Below, piece after piece: positions 1 to 10,261 of a DNA stretch of 64,000 nucleotides. The position numbers were made by a program, and so were the translations under genes. A model generated the notes under the pieces. The model worked only from the letters and a program-made list of their open reading frames with translations, did no database searches and was not told the DNA's origin. Origin of the DNA: Acidimicrobiales bacterium (GTDB lineage Bacteria > Actinomycetota > Acidimicrobiia > Acidimicrobiales > SZUA-35); NCBI GenBank assembly GCA_020629695.1, contig JAHDCV010000001.1:52591-116590 (forward strand), read 5' to 3'. Numbering within the stretch: position 1 is the stretch's first letter; each line of letters opens with the position of its first letter.

Positions 1-522
1 GACGCCACCATCGCCGAGTACGGCCGCCTGGACATCCTCGTGAACAACGCCGGTTGGACCACCGTCGTCCCCCACCACGAACTCGACGCCCTCACCGACG
101 ACATCTTCCGAAAGACGATGGAGGTGAACGTGTTCGGCACCTGGTGGCTGACGAAGGCCGCCATCCCCCACCTGCGGGCATCGGAGGATCCGAACGTGGT
201 CACGATCACCTCGATCGCGGGCGTGCGACCGGTCGGCTCCTCGATGGCGTACTCGATGGCCAAGGCCGCGCTGAACCAGATGACCGAGCTGCTCGCGAAG
301 TCCTATGGCCCGATCCGCTTCAACGCGGTGGCCCCCGGCCTCGTCGCGACGCCATGGACGGAGAGCTGGGACGCACAACACGCCGCGGTCGCCGCCGCCG
401 CACCGGTGCCACGCTCGGCCACCGCGGACGACTGCGCCGAGGCCGTGCTGGCGCTGCTGCGCAACCGCTACACGACCGGCACCGTCTTCGTGGTCGACGG
501 CGGCCTGACCCGGACGATGTGA
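1..522 (+). CDS. SDR family oxidoreductase (5'-truncated by window)
   Basis: LDILVNNAG, YSMAK catalytic YxxxK, NAVAPG, TGTVFVVDGG. Confidence 0.9.
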   Translation, partial: DATIAEYGRLDILVNNAGWTTVVPHHELDALTDDIFRKTMEVNVFGTWWLTKAAIPHLRASEDPNVVTITSIAGVRPVGSSMAYSMAKAALNQMTELLAKSYGPIRFNAVAPGLVATPWTESWDAQHAAVAAAAPVPRSATADDCAEAVLALLRNRYTTGTVFVVDGGLTRTM

Positions 523-1205
523 TGGGTCCGACGCTCGTCTCGGTGGCCGTCGGCGACACCTCCGCCGCGTGGCTCGCGGCGGGATTCGAGGTCATCGACG
601 ACACGGTCCGGGTCGGCCCACTGCGGATCGACCTCGCCGCCTCCTCCGACCCGCGCCCCGATGGTGCTCCGGGGTGGTCGCTCGACGTCGGGACCGGCAT
701 CGACCGTGCGGCGCCCGGCCTCGCAGCCATCCTCGCCGACATCGACGGCATCGCCGACATCGACGGCATCCCGACCGTTGCCGGCTCGGCGACGCCGACC
801 TCCGTGTCAGCCGAACATCCGAACGGCGTCACGGGAATCGACCACGTGGTCGTGATGACGCCCGATCTCGAGCGCACGGTGGCAGCGCTGGTTGCGGTCG
901 GGTTCGACGAGCGCCGTCGCCGGTCCGTCCCGGCATCCGAACCCGCCCGGACGCAGGTGTTCTTCTGGGCGGGTGAGATCATCATCGAGCTCGTCGGCCC
1001 CGACGAACCCTCGGACGACGGACCCGCCGCCATCTGGGGCCTCGCCCTGGTGGCCGACGACCTCGACCACTGCTCGGCGCACCTCGGCGACCGGGCCTCG
1101 CGTCCGCGACCGGCCGTCCAGCCCGGACGACGGATTCTCGCGCTCCGTCATCGTGACCTGGGCCTTTCGTTGCCCGTGGCGATCATGACACCGCATCTCC
1201 GCTGA
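522..1205 (+). CDS. VOC/glyoxalase family protein
   Basis: HPNGVTGIDHVVVMTPDLERT and IELVG motifs; ATG overlaps the upstream TGA; upstream part of ORF 54..1205 is shadow. Confidence 0.75.
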   Translation: MGPTLVSVAVGDTSAAWLAAGFEVIDDTVRVGPLRIDLAASSDPRPDGAPGWSLDVGTGIDRAAPGLAAILADIDGIADIDGIPTVAGSATPTSVSAEHPNGVTGIDHVVVMTPDLERTVAALVAVGFDERRRRSVPASEPARTQVFFWAGEIIIELVGPDEPSDDGPAAIWGLALVADDLDHCSAHLGDRASRPRPAVQPGRRILALRHRDLGLSLPVAIMTPHLR

Positions 1206-1247
1206 GCCCGCTGTCGGAGCCCGGTCCCGATCGGCCATCATGGTCGG

Positions 1248-1850
1248 ATGCTCGACCACGTCTTCACCGACGCCATCGGGGCGCTCCGCGACGCCCTCGA
1301 GGGTGCGATGCTCGAGCGCCAGGCCCTGGAGGAGCGATTCCAGGCCGACGTCCTGCTCGGCGACGTCACGTGGGAGACCAGCTACGGCCTCCCTGGCGAA
1401 GGGTCCCCGCCCCGGGTGCAGGCCGATCTGACACTCGACTGGCCGACCTGGGCCCAGACCGCGTATCGCACGTGGTACCTCGACGAGGAATTCACCGAGG
1501 GACCGAAGATCGAGATCGAGGTGGTGTTCCGGGTGCAGCGACTCACGGACCTGCCCGATCCCGCCGTGATCGTGAGTGCGCTGGCGGCCGAGGCACCGTC
1601 GATCGGCGGCGACGCCCTGACACGCTTCGGTCCGACGCTCGAGACGGTCTACGGCGAACGACTCGACGTCGAGAGTCACGCCGTCGAGATCAGCTACCAG
1701 GGGTTCTACGAGCTCGACGAAGCGACACTCGAAGACGGCTCAGTACTCGATCGGCACTTCGCTGCCATCGGCGGTTGGGTCACCTCGACGCTCGTCAGGC
1801 TCGGCGATCTGCCCCTGGCCTTCCAACCCGCCGACGGCACCTCGGCCTGA
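1248..1850 (+). CDS. hypothetical protein
   Basis: Protein-like composition, operon-like spacing; no motif recognised. Confidence 0.75.
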   Translation: MLDHVFTDAIGALRDALEGAMLERQALEERFQADVLLGDVTWETSYGLPGEGSPPRVQADLTLDWPTWAQTAYRTWYLDEEFTEGPKIEIEVVFRVQRLTDLPDPAVIVSALAAEAPSIGGDALTRFGPTLETVYGERLDVESHAVEISYQGFYELDEATLEDGSVLDRHFAAIGGWVTSTLVRLGDLPLAFQPADGTSA

Positions 1851-1863
1851 CCACGGAGTCGAC

Positions 1864-2661
1864 ATGACCGACACCAGCGCGGACGTGCTCCGCATCGACC
1901 GCCACGACGGCGTCGCGGTGGTCGTGCTCGACCGGCCGGCGGCGCGCAACGCCCTGAACGCCGCGCTCCGAGCGGCGTTGCCCCGCGCCATGGCCGACCT
2001 CGCGGCGGATGACGCCGTGCGGGTCATCGTGCTGACCGGCGCCGACCCCGCGTTCTGCGCGGGCCTCGATCTGGCTGAACTCGGACGGGGGGATCATCGG
2101 ATCTCCGGCGGTGCTCCCGGCAGCGACGACACCTCACCGGGCGGCCCGTGGGCGCCGACCCACAAGCCCGTGATCGGCGCGATCAACGGTGCCGCGGTCA
2201 CCGGCGGGTTCGAGCTGGCGCTCAACTGTGACTTCCTGATCGCATCGGAGCGAGCCCGCTTCGCCGACACCCATGCGCGGGTCGGCGTGATGCCCGGCTG
2301 GGGACTGACCGTGCTCCTCCCCCAGGCGATCGGGGTTCGACGAGCCCGCGAGATGAGCCTGACCGGGAACTTCATGCACGCCCGGGAAGCCCTCGGACTC
2401 GGCCTGGTCAATCACGTCGTCGACCACGACGAGCTCATGCCGTTCACGTTGTCGATCGCGGCCGACATCGCCGGCAACGACGGGCCCGGCGTGCGTCAGA
2501 TGCTCGCGACCTACGCCGAGACCGCGCGCACGACCGTCGACGAGGGCTGGCGGATCGAGGCCGCCCGAGGTCGTCGGTGGGCCGGCGACGGCGTCGACCC
2601 GAGTCTCATCGAAGCTCGCCGCGTCGCGATCATCGACCGGGGTCGAGCTCAGCTCGGTTGA
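1864..2661 (+). CDS. enoyl-CoA hydratase/crotonase family protein
   Basis: LDRPAARNAL, FCAGLDL, KPVIGAINGAAVTGGFELAL, ARFADTH. Confidence 0.92.
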   Translation: MTDTSADVLRIDRHDGVAVVVLDRPAARNALNAALRAALPRAMADLAADDAVRVIVLTGADPAFCAGLDLAELGRGDHRISGGAPGSDDTSPGGPWAPTHKPVIGAINGAAVTGGFELALNCDFLIASERARFADTHARVGVMPGWGLTVLLPQAIGVRRAREMSLTGNFMHAREALGLGLVNHVVDHDELMPFTLSIAADIAGNDGPGVRQMLATYAETARTTVDEGWRIEAARGRRWAGDGVDPSLIEARRVAIIDRGRAQLG

Positions 2662-5303
2662 CCGGCACCGTCCACGATCCCGCGATCGACCGAGTCGCCG
2701 GGCATCGGGCGACCGATGAAGAATCCCTGAACGACATCGGAACCCATCGCCCGGAGGCGCTGCAGGTCGTCGTCGGTCTCGACTCCCTCGGCCACCGTCA
2801 CGACCCCGAGGGTCCGTGCCATGTCGATCACCGCACGGACGATCTCTCCGCCTCGCTTGCTGCCGAGCTGGTTCACCAGTGATCGGTCGATCTTCAACAC
2901 GTCGAAACTCAGCGTGGCGATCTGGGCGAACGAGCTGTGCCCCGTGCCGAAGTCATCGATCGCGACCCGCACCCCGAACTCACGCAGCTCGTCGATGACC
3001 GCCGACGCCGCGTCGAGTCCGACGATCTGCTGTTCGGTGACCTCGACCGCCACTTGTTCCGGAGCGAGCTCCGTGCGCCGCAGGGTCTCCTTCACGAATC
3101 GGGCGTAGTCGGGATCGCTGATGGTCGTCGGGCCGGCGTTGACCGCGACGGTCAGGTCCCGCCCGAACTCCGAGGACCACGCATCGACCGACTCGACCGC
3201 GCGACGGAACACGAAACGGTCGATCGTCGGCAGCAGGCCCAACGCCTCGGCCACCGGCAGGAACACGTCCGGCGTGATCAGGCCTCGTTCGGGATGCACC
3301 CACCGCACGAGTGCCTCGAACCCGACGACATCGTTCGTCGCCACGTCCAGGAGGGGCTGGAAGTAGACCGTCAGGTCCTCGGCGTCCACGGCGTCCTGCA
3401 GGGCGGTCTCCATGCCGAGCCGATCGACCAACGCCGACCGGAGCCCCGGCTCGAACCGCACCGCCCGGTCTCGGCCCCTGGTCTTGGCCTCGTACATGGC
3501 GAGGTCCGCGTCGCGCAGCACGACTTCGGCGTCGGCTCCTTCGCCGGCCACGGCGACACCGACCGACAGGCTGAGCCGGACGGTCTCGCCATCGATCTCG
3601 AACGGCTCCCGAGCGATGCTCAACAGTCGCTGGGCGATGACATCCGCTTCGGACACGTCCTCCAGGTCCGCGCAGAGGACCACGAACTCGTCCCCGCCGA
3701 ACCGGGCGACCGTGTCGGCTTCGCGAGCCGACGAGCGGAGCCGCTCGGCGAGCAGCTGCAGGATGTCGTCACCGGCACCGTGCCCGCGGGAATCGTTGAC
3801 GGACTTGAACCCGTCGAGGTCCACGAACAACGCCGCGGTCACCCGCCCGGTCCGACGGTCCCGGGCGATGGCCTGTTCGAGCCGATCGAGCAACAGCGTA
3901 CGGTTCGGCAGACCCGTCAGATCGTCGTGGAGCGCCCGACGGCTCAGCTCCAACCGGACCCGACGTTGTTCGGTCACGTCGATGAGCTGGACCAACTTGC
4001 CCGGCGCTCCCGAAGCGCTCACGACGGGCACCACGCTCAAGCGGACCCAGACCGCGTCGAGATGGTTCGCGGCATCGAGGCGGAGCTCCTCGGAACCGGC
4101 CTCGCCATGGTCCTCCAGGCGATCGAGCGCACGGAGATAGTCCGAGCGAGACTCCGCCGAGACGAGGCTCACGAGCGTCGAACCGACGAGGCTCGACACG
4201 CCACGTCCGACGAGCTCGTTGGCCGCCGAGTTCGCCGCCACGATCGCACCCTCGTCGTCCATCTCGATCACCCCGATCGGCGAACGCTCGAAGCCGACGT
4301 CGAACCGCGCGGCCTGGGCGGCCGCAGCGACCTGTGCCCGTCGACGGCTGGCGCCGAGCCAACCGACCACTGCGGTGCCGCCGAGCGTCAACAACGCGCC
4401 GGCCACACCCGCAGCGAGCACCTCGTGGTTCGCCGGCAGTTCGATGAACCCCGGCGCCGTCGACATCCGGAGCTTCCATGATCCTTCGAGGACGGATACG
4501 GGCCGATCCGCCTCGAAGCGTGCGTCGGGTGAGTGATCGTGGAGGACATCGTCGCCGTGTGCGTGCATGTCGTCGCTCGCGGCCGCCGATGCAGCATCGT
4601 CGCCGTGACCCGCCGCGTGATCGTGGCCGTGTTCGTCGCCGTGTTCGTCGCCGTGTTCGGCGCCGGCGTCCGGGTTCGAGATCGCCGACCCGCCGATCGT
4701 CAAGGCGTCCGGACCCGGTTCCAGACCGACGCCGGCCGCCAGCCAGACCGGCTCCAGGGTGGTCACGACGTGGTGGGCTTCGGTCTGGAGCAGAAACCGA
4801 TCGGCGTCGAAGAGTGCATGGAGGACCGCATCGGTCTTGGACCGGACCGTGACGACCACGAGCTCGCGACCGGCGGCCGTCACGCTCGCCGCGTAGGCGC
4901 GATCCGGCTCGGTCACCGAGATCGCCGGCACGGTCAATCCGTCGAGCCCTGCCGTCGAGACGAGCACGTCGTCGGTCGACACGGCGACCAGCCCGAGATA
5001 ACCGTTCCCGCCCGAGACCCCGAACCGCGCCGCGTCGTCGCTCAGATGGGCGGCGTCCAGCCCCGGCTTGACGTGCTCGACCGTGGCCCGCAGCCCGTAC
5101 TCGAGCAACGCGGCCTCGTTCTTCGTGGCCTCCTCACCGTCGCCGACCAGGTCTGCGAAGTGTTCCTCGGCACTCGCGATCGCGTCGGTCCGGGCATCGG
5201 CGACCGCCACAGCCCGCCAGGACACGAATCCGACACAGGCCACGGCCAGGCAGACGAACGTCGCGATCGTGCTCCGGTCGAGTCGTCGATTCGTGGCGGT
5301 CAT
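2649..5303 (-). CDS. membrane PAS-GGDEF-EAL diguanylate cyclase/phosphodiesterase
   Basis: Two TM segments, PAS, HDDLTGLPNR, RFGGDEF, GFEALVRW, IDDFGTG, LKIDRS, AEGVET; start set at MTATNRR. Confidence 0.92.
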   Translation of the reverse strand: MTATNRRLDRSTIATFVCLAVACVGFVSWRAVAVADARTDAIASAEEHFADLVGDGEEATKNEAALLEYGLRATVEHVKPGLDAAHLSDDAARFGVSGGNGYLGLVAVSTDDVLVSTAGLDGLTVPAISVTEPDRAYAASVTAAGRELVVVTVRSKTDAVLHALFDADRFLLQTEAHHVVTTLEPVWLAAGVGLEPGPDALTIGGSAISNPDAGAEHGDEHGDEHGHDHAAGHGDDAASAAASDDMHAHGDDVLHDHSPDARFEADRPVSVLEGSWKLRMSTAPGFIELPANHEVLAAGVAGALLTLGGTAVVGWLGASRRRAQVAAAAQAARFDVGFERSPIGVIEMDDEGAIVAANSAANELVGRGVSSLVGSTLVSLVSAESRSDYLRALDRLEDHGEAGSEELRLDAANHLDAVWVRLSVVPVVSASGAPGKLVQLIDVTEQRRVRLELSRRALHDDLTGLPNRTLLLDRLEQAIARDRRTGRVTAALFVDLDGFKSVNDSRGHGAGDDILQLLAERLRSSAREADTVARFGGDEFVVLCADLEDVSEADVIAQRLLSIAREPFEIDGETVRLSLSVGVAVAGEGADAEVVLRDADLAMYEAKTRGRDRAVRFEPGLRSALVDRLGMETALQDAVDAEDLTVYFQPLLDVATNDVVGFEALVRWVHPERGLITPDVFLPVAEALGLLPTIDRFVFRRAVESVDAWSSEFGRDLTVAVNAGPTTISDPDYARFVKETLRRTELAPEQVAVEVTEQQIVGLDAASAVIDELREFGVRVAIDDFGTGHSSFAQIATLSFDVLKIDRSLVNQLGSKRGGEIVRAVIDMARTLGVVTVAEGVETDDDLQRLRAMGSDVVQGFFIGRPMPGDSVDRGIVDGAGQPS

Positions 5304-5346
5304 GGCGAGTCCATTCAGACCCCCTATCTCGGGGGTTCTCTCGATC

Positions 5347-5373
5347 AACGGCGCGTTGGGGCGTCGTCTTGAG
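5347..5373 (-). promoter_or_regulatory. putative FliA/WhiG (sigma28)-type promoter
   Basis: CTCA-N17-GCCGTT upstream of the GGDEF-EAL start. Confidence 0.5.
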
Positions 5374-5495
5374 CCCACGCGGACCTGTCCGGGCCGCTCG
5401 GCCCACACACGACGGGTCGCCCGACCCCCGGGAAATCGCCGACTGCATGCTCCTGCCCGGGCCGAGCAGGCCGGTGCACCGCTAGCCTCGCCGCC

Positions 5496-6536
5496 GTGCG
5501 GAACGGTGCGGGCGCTCCGTTGCCGACGAGTGATGCCGGTCTGGTGTTGCTCGGTTCGGACGATCCCATTCTCGTCGACCGCGCCCTCGGTGCCGACATC
5601 GGCCTCGCCGTGATCGACCGGCGCCCCGGCGCCACGTGGATCGATGTGCCCGATGCCCGATCGCTGCTCGATCGCCTCGTCGTCCGCATGCACGAAGCCG
5701 AATCGGCCGACCTGCGCGTGGCGTTCGCACCCAGCGGCGCAACGCTCGACCAGGTCATCACCGCGGCGCTCGACGCCCGACCGCTCGCCGTCTGGGCCGA
5801 CGCGATCGACGACGCGGCGTTGGCGGCCCGCCCGCTCGACTACCGCATCCACTACCAACCGATCGTTCGTCTCGACGACGGCGAGGTCATCGGCCACGAG
5901 GCTCTGCTGCGGGCACGCGCCGGTCACGTCGTGATCCCGGCGGACGAACTCATCGAGCGAGCCGGCCGAGGCGGTTGGCTCGCCGAGCTCGATCTCCTCA
6001 GCCGGCAGCTCGCGGTACAGGGGCTCGGCCCATGGCTCGGCGACGATCTGCTGTTCCTCAATCTCCTCGCTCCCGACGGCCACATCCAGGTCGACGCGGT
6101 GGCCGCGACGATCGACGCGGCCGCCCAGCGGGGTGTCGAGCCCGACCAACTCGTCTTCGAGTCGAACGAACGCAATCGGTTCGACGATCTCGGCGCGACC
6201 GGCGACGACCTGTCCCGCCTCCGGGCGCGAGGTATCCGGATCGCGGTCGACGACGCCGGCGACGGATTCGCCGGTCTCTCGACGATCGTGCACCTCCGCC
6301 CCGACGTTCTCAAACTCTCCGGCTCGCTGACCCGGACGGTCGGCACACCCGAGACCGACGCGGCGATCCGGGCCCTGGTCCGGCTGGCGTCGGACAGCGG
6401 AGTCTGGGTGGTCGCCGAGAACATCGAGACCGACGCCCAGGCGACGGCGATGGCCGACCTCGGCGTCGACTGGGGCCAAGGACGCTGGTTCGGTCCGCCG
6501 GTGGCCCGCGCCGCCGGTGTCCTCGCGTCGGACTGA
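5496..6536 (+). CDS. EAL domain-containing protein
   Basis: HYQPIV, GHEALLR, VDDAGDG, VAENIET, WGQG. Confidence 0.88.
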   Translation: MRNGAGAPLPTSDAGLVLLGSDDPILVDRALGADIGLAVIDRRPGATWIDVPDARSLLDRLVVRMHEAESADLRVAFAPSGATLDQVITAALDARPLAVWADAIDDAALAARPLDYRIHYQPIVRLDDGEVIGHEALLRARAGHVVIPADELIERAGRGGWLAELDLLSRQLAVQGLGPWLGDDLLFLNLLAPDGHIQVDAVAATIDAAAQRGVEPDQLVFESNERNRFDDLGATGDDLSRLRARGIRIAVDDAGDGFAGLSTIVHLRPDVLKLSGSLTRTVGTPETDAAIRALVRLASDSGVWVVAENIETDAQATAMADLGVDWGQGRWFGPPVARAAGVLASD

Positions 6537-6569
6537 CCCGACGCGGTGCGTCGAGGTCGTCGGGTCGGC

Positions 6570-7556
6570 TCAGCCGAGTGCGGCGAGCTCGGCCAGATCG
6601 ACCTCGGGCCGAGGCCCGAGGTGGGCGATGACCTCGGCGGCGGCGACCGAACCCATCCGTCCCGCCTCGGAGAGCGCCGCTCCCCGAGCGAGACCGGCGA
6701 GCACGCCCGCGGCGTACTGATCGCCGGCGCCGGTGGTGTCGACCGGAGGTGAGAACTCCTCCGCTTCGATCTCGATCGTCTCGTCGGCGGTGACGAGCAG
6801 GGACCCCTGTTTGCCGAGCGTGATGCACGTGAGTTCGAGGCGCTCGCGGACCCAGGCGATCCCGGTCTCGAGATCATCGCTCTCGACGAGCCGTGCGAGT
6901 TCGGCCCGGTTGGCGAACAGGATGTCGAGCGGACCCTCACAGAGCTCCACGAAGTCGCCGTGGTGTCGATCGATGCAGAACGAGTCCGACGCCGTCATCG
7001 CACAGCGGCCGCCGGCGGCGGCGACGAGGCTCATCGCCTTGCGCATCGCCTCCTTCGCCGAGTCGACGTCCCACAGGTATCCCTCGCAGAACAGGATCTC
7101 GGCCTCGGCCATGAGGGCGGGATCGATGTCGGCGGGCTCGAGCAGCGATGAGATCCCCAGGAAGGTGTTCATCGTCCTGGCGGCATCGGGTGTCACGAGG
7201 ATGAGCGAACGCGCCGTCGCCGGCCCCGAGGTCCCGGCGGCGACGTCGAAGGCCACGCCGCCCGCTCGGGTGTCGTGGGCGAACACGTCGCCGAGCTGAT
7301 CGTCACGCACCTTGCCGACGTAGGCCGCCCGGCCGCCGAACGAGGCGATGCCGGCCATGGTGTTGGCCGCCGAACCACCCGAGGTCTCGATGCCGGGGCC
7401 CATGAGGCCGTACAGCTCGGTGGCGCGGGCCTCGTCGATGAGGGTCATCGAATGCTTCTCGATGCCCTGCGAGACGAGGAACTCGTCGGTCGTCTTGGAG
7501 ATGACGTCGACGATGGCGTTGCCGATCCCGACGACGTCGTACTTCTTGTTGCTCAC
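6570..7556 (-). CDS. PfkB family adenosine/carbohydrate kinase
   Basis: GIGNAIVD, GGSAANT, VDTTGAGDQY anion-hole motif. Confidence 0.9.
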   Translation of the reverse strand: MSNKKYDVVGIGNAIVDVISKTTDEFLVSQGIEKHSMTLIDEARATELYGLMGPGIETSGGSAANTMAGIASFGGRAAYVGKVRDDQLGDVFAHDTRAGGVAFDVAAGTSGPATARSLILVTPDAARTMNTFLGISSLLEPADIDPALMAEAEILFCEGYLWDVDSAKEAMRKAMSLVAAAGGRCAMTASDSFCIDRHHGDFVELCEGPLDILFANRAELARLVESDDLETGIAWVRERLELTCITLGKQGSLLVTADETIEIEAEEFSPPVDTTGAGDQYAAGVLAGLARGAALSEAGRMGSVAAAEVIAHLGPRPEVDLAELAALG

Positions 7557-7672
7557 AGCAGCTCTCCCGCTCGGCCCGGCCTGGCACCGTAGCGCCGGTA
7601 CGATCCCGCACGTTCCTCCGGTGGCGGGCTCCGCCGCCGACAGGCATCGTCCCGACCGTTCAGGAGACCACC

Positions 7673-10255
7673 GTGACGAGCGAGAACCCGTATCGGCTTC
7701 CCACCACCATCACCCCCGGCGCCTACCGGCTCGAACTCGAACCCTGGGCCGTCGACGGCGGATTCCGTGGCGCGGTCGAGATCGATGTCGTCGCCGAGGC
7801 CGACGTGGCCGAGGTCGTCTGCAACAACGACGGGCTGACCATCACCGGCGCGGCGCTCGTGACCGACGGGGCCGAGACCGCGATCGACCCGTCGTCGATC
7901 ACGATCGACGACGAGGCCGAACGCATGACGGTGCCGATCCTGCTCGGGGCGGGCCCCCACACGCTGCGGTTCTCCTTCGAGGGTGCGTTCAACGACCAGC
8001 TGGTGGGCTTCTACGAGTCGACCTTCACCGGGACGGACGGCTCCGAGCAGCGGCTCGCCACGACCCAGTTCGAGGCGACGCACGCCCGCAAGAGCTTCCC
8101 CTGCTGGGACGAACCGGCGTTCAAGGCCACGTTCGAGATCGCCATCACCGCACCCGAGGGCATGGTCGCGGTGTCGAACGCCGCCGAGGTCGCACGCGAG
8201 ACCACCGACGACGGTGGCACGACGTTCCGCTTCGCGCCGACGATGGTGATGAGCACCTACCTCGTCGCCTACGTGATCGGCGAACTGGAGATCACCGATC
8301 CGGTCGACGTCGACGGTGTGCCGCTGCGCATCGTGCACGTGCCGGGCAAGGGTCACCTCACCGACTTCGCCCTGGAAGCCGGCGCGTTCGCCCTGCGCTA
8401 CTTCGCCGACTACTTCGACATCCCGTACCCCGGCGACAAGGTCGACATGATCGCCATCCCCGACTTCGCGTTCGGGGCCATGGAGAACCTCGGCTGCATC
8501 ACCTTCCGTGAGGTGCTGCTGCTGATCGACCCGAACACCGCGACCCAGCCCGAACTCCAGCGGGCGGCCGACGTGATCAACCACGAGCTCGCCCACATGT
8601 GGTTCGGCGACCTCGTCACGATGGCGTGGTGGAACGGCCTGTGGTTGAACGAGGCGTTCGCCACCTTCATGGAGATGCGCTGCACCGACGCGTTCCGCCC
8701 CGAGTGGCAGCGCTGGGTCGACTTCGGCCTGAGCCGGACCGCCGCGTTCGACACCGACGCCCTCGGCAACACCCGCCCGATCGAGTTCGAGGTCGTCTCG
8801 CCCGAGGACGCCGAGGGCATGTTCGACATCCTCACCTACGAAAAGGGTGCGGCCGTGGTCCGCATGCTCGAACAGCACCTCGGTGAGGACCGCTTCCGTG
8901 AGGGCATCCGGCGCTACATGCGCGACAACGCCTACGGCAACGCCGAGACCACCGACCTGTGGGACGCCATCGAGGCCGAGACCGGCGACCCAGTGCGGCG
9001 GATCATGGACTCGTGGATCTTCCAGGGTGGTGTCCCGCTGGTGCACTGCTCGATCGACGGCGACTCGATCGTCCTGACCCAGGAGCGACTCCGCTACGAA
9101 GGCGGCGACGTGACCGACGAGATGATCGACGCCGCCGTCTGGGCGATTCCGCTCGCCGTCCGGGTGGCGACGCTCGACGGCTCGATCACCGAGCACCGGG
9201 TACTGCTCGAGGACGAGCCGCTCACGATCACCGGTACCGGCGGCGTCGACTGGGCCGTCGTCAACGCCGAAGGGTCGAGCTTCGTTCGGGCCGCTTACGG
9301 CGCCGAGCAGCTCGACCGGCTGGCCGAGGTCGCCTCGACGCACCTCTCCCCCGTCGAACGCTACGCACTCGTGGACGACGCCTGGGCCTCCGTGCTCGCC
9401 GGTTCGACGAGCGCCGCCGCCTTCTCGAACCTCGTCGAGGCCTCCGTGAACGAGCGGGATCGTTCGGTCTGGCAGCGACTCATCGGCGGCCTGCGCAACC
9501 TCGATCGGCTCGCCCAGGGCAACACGCCGGCCGAAGAGGCGATGGCGGCGATCGCACGAGACGCGATCCGGCCGACGTTGACCGAGCTCGGCCCCGTCAA
9601 GACCGACGACGACGAGGACGACCGCACGACGCAGCTCCGCGGCGACCTCTTCCGTGCCATGGGCACACTCGGGGACGACCCCGACGTGATCGACCAGGCC
9701 AAACAGCTGGCCGCCGACGGTCGCCGTGACGCCTCCGACATCGATGCCGCCGTGCTCGCCGCCGCCGTGGGCATCACCGCGGCGAAGGGCGACGAGGTCG
9801 ACTTCGTCGACATGATGGCGGCGTGGCGAGCCGCGGCGACCCCGCAGGACGAGATCCGGTATCTGTATGCGCTGGCCGAGTTCGCCGACGACCAGTTGCT
9901 CGCCAGGGTCCGGCAACTGATCCTCGACGGCGACATCCGGACCCAGAACGGCCCCTATGTGATCCGCGCCCTGCTCGCGAACCCCGCCGGTGCCGAACCG
10001 ACCTGGTCGTTCGTGAAGGAGCGCTGGGACGAGCTGATCTCGCTGTTCCCGTCCTCGGGGATCGTGCGGATGCTCGACGGGTTGTCCACCATCGACTCCC
10101 GGGAGGCCGCCGAAGACGCCGCGGCGTTCTTCGCGTCACATCCGGTGCCGCAGGGAGCCAAGACGCTCGCACAGATCCTGGAACGCCAGCGTGTCGCCGT
10201 GGCACTCCGGGAACGGGAACACGCCCGCTTCTGCGGCGTGATCGCGCCCGGCTGA
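7673..10255 (+). CDS. pepN: M1 family aminopeptidase (aminopeptidase N/puromycin-sensitive type)
   Basis: TQFEATHARKSFPCWDEP, GAMEN, HELAHMW..LWLNE, YEKG. Confidence 0.93.
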   Translation: MTSENPYRLPTTITPGAYRLELEPWAVDGGFRGAVEIDVVAEADVAEVVCNNDGLTITGAALVTDGAETAIDPSSITIDDEAERMTVPILLGAGPHTLRFSFEGAFNDQLVGFYESTFTGTDGSEQRLATTQFEATHARKSFPCWDEPAFKATFEIAITAPEGMVAVSNAAEVARETTDDGGTTFRFAPTMVMSTYLVAYVIGELEITDPVDVDGVPLRIVHVPGKGHLTDFALEAGAFALRYFADYFDIPYPGDKVDMIAIPDFAFGAMENLGCITFREVLLLIDPNTATQPELQRAADVINHELAHMWFGDLVTMAWWNGLWLNEAFATFMEMRCTDAFRPEWQRWVDFGLSRTAAFDTDALGNTRPIEFEVVSPEDAEGMFDILTYEKGAAVVRMLEQHLGEDRFREGIRRYMRDNAYGNAETTDLWDAIEAETGDPVRRIMDSWIFQGGVPLVHCSIDGDSIVLTQERLRYEGGDVTDEMIDAAVWAIPLAVRVATLDGSITEHRVLLEDEPLTITGTGGVDWAVVNAEGSSFVRAAYGAEQLDRLAEVASTHLSPVERYALVDDAWASVLAGSTSAAAFSNLVEASVNERDRSVWQRLIGGLRNLDRLAQGNTPAEEAMAAIARDAIRPTLTELGPVKTDDDEDDRTTQLRGDLFRAMGTLGDDPDVIDQAKQLAADGRRDASDIDAAVLAAAVGITAAKGDEVDFVDMMAAWRAAATPQDEIRYLYALAEFADDQLLARVRQLILDGDIRTQNGPYVIRALLANPAGAEPTWSFVKERWDELISLFPSSGIVRMLDGLSTIDSREAAEDAAAFFASHPVPQGAKTLAQILERQRVAVALREREHARFCGVIAPG

Positions 10256-10261
10256 GGTCGT

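Noticed and set aside
733-768. 18-bp tandem duplication (ADIDGI x2) in the VOC gene
   Set aside because: An in-frame micro-duplication in a likely linker, with no evidence of function.
5304-6479. N-terminal 392-aa extension of the GGDEF-EAL ORF
   Set aside because: It is the antisense shadow of the EAL gene; the real start is probably 5303.
7553-9916. Long antisense or alternative-frame ORFs (this one, 32824..35367 and many others)
   Set aside because: Typical high-GC shadow ORFs overlapping well-supported genes, with no motifs.
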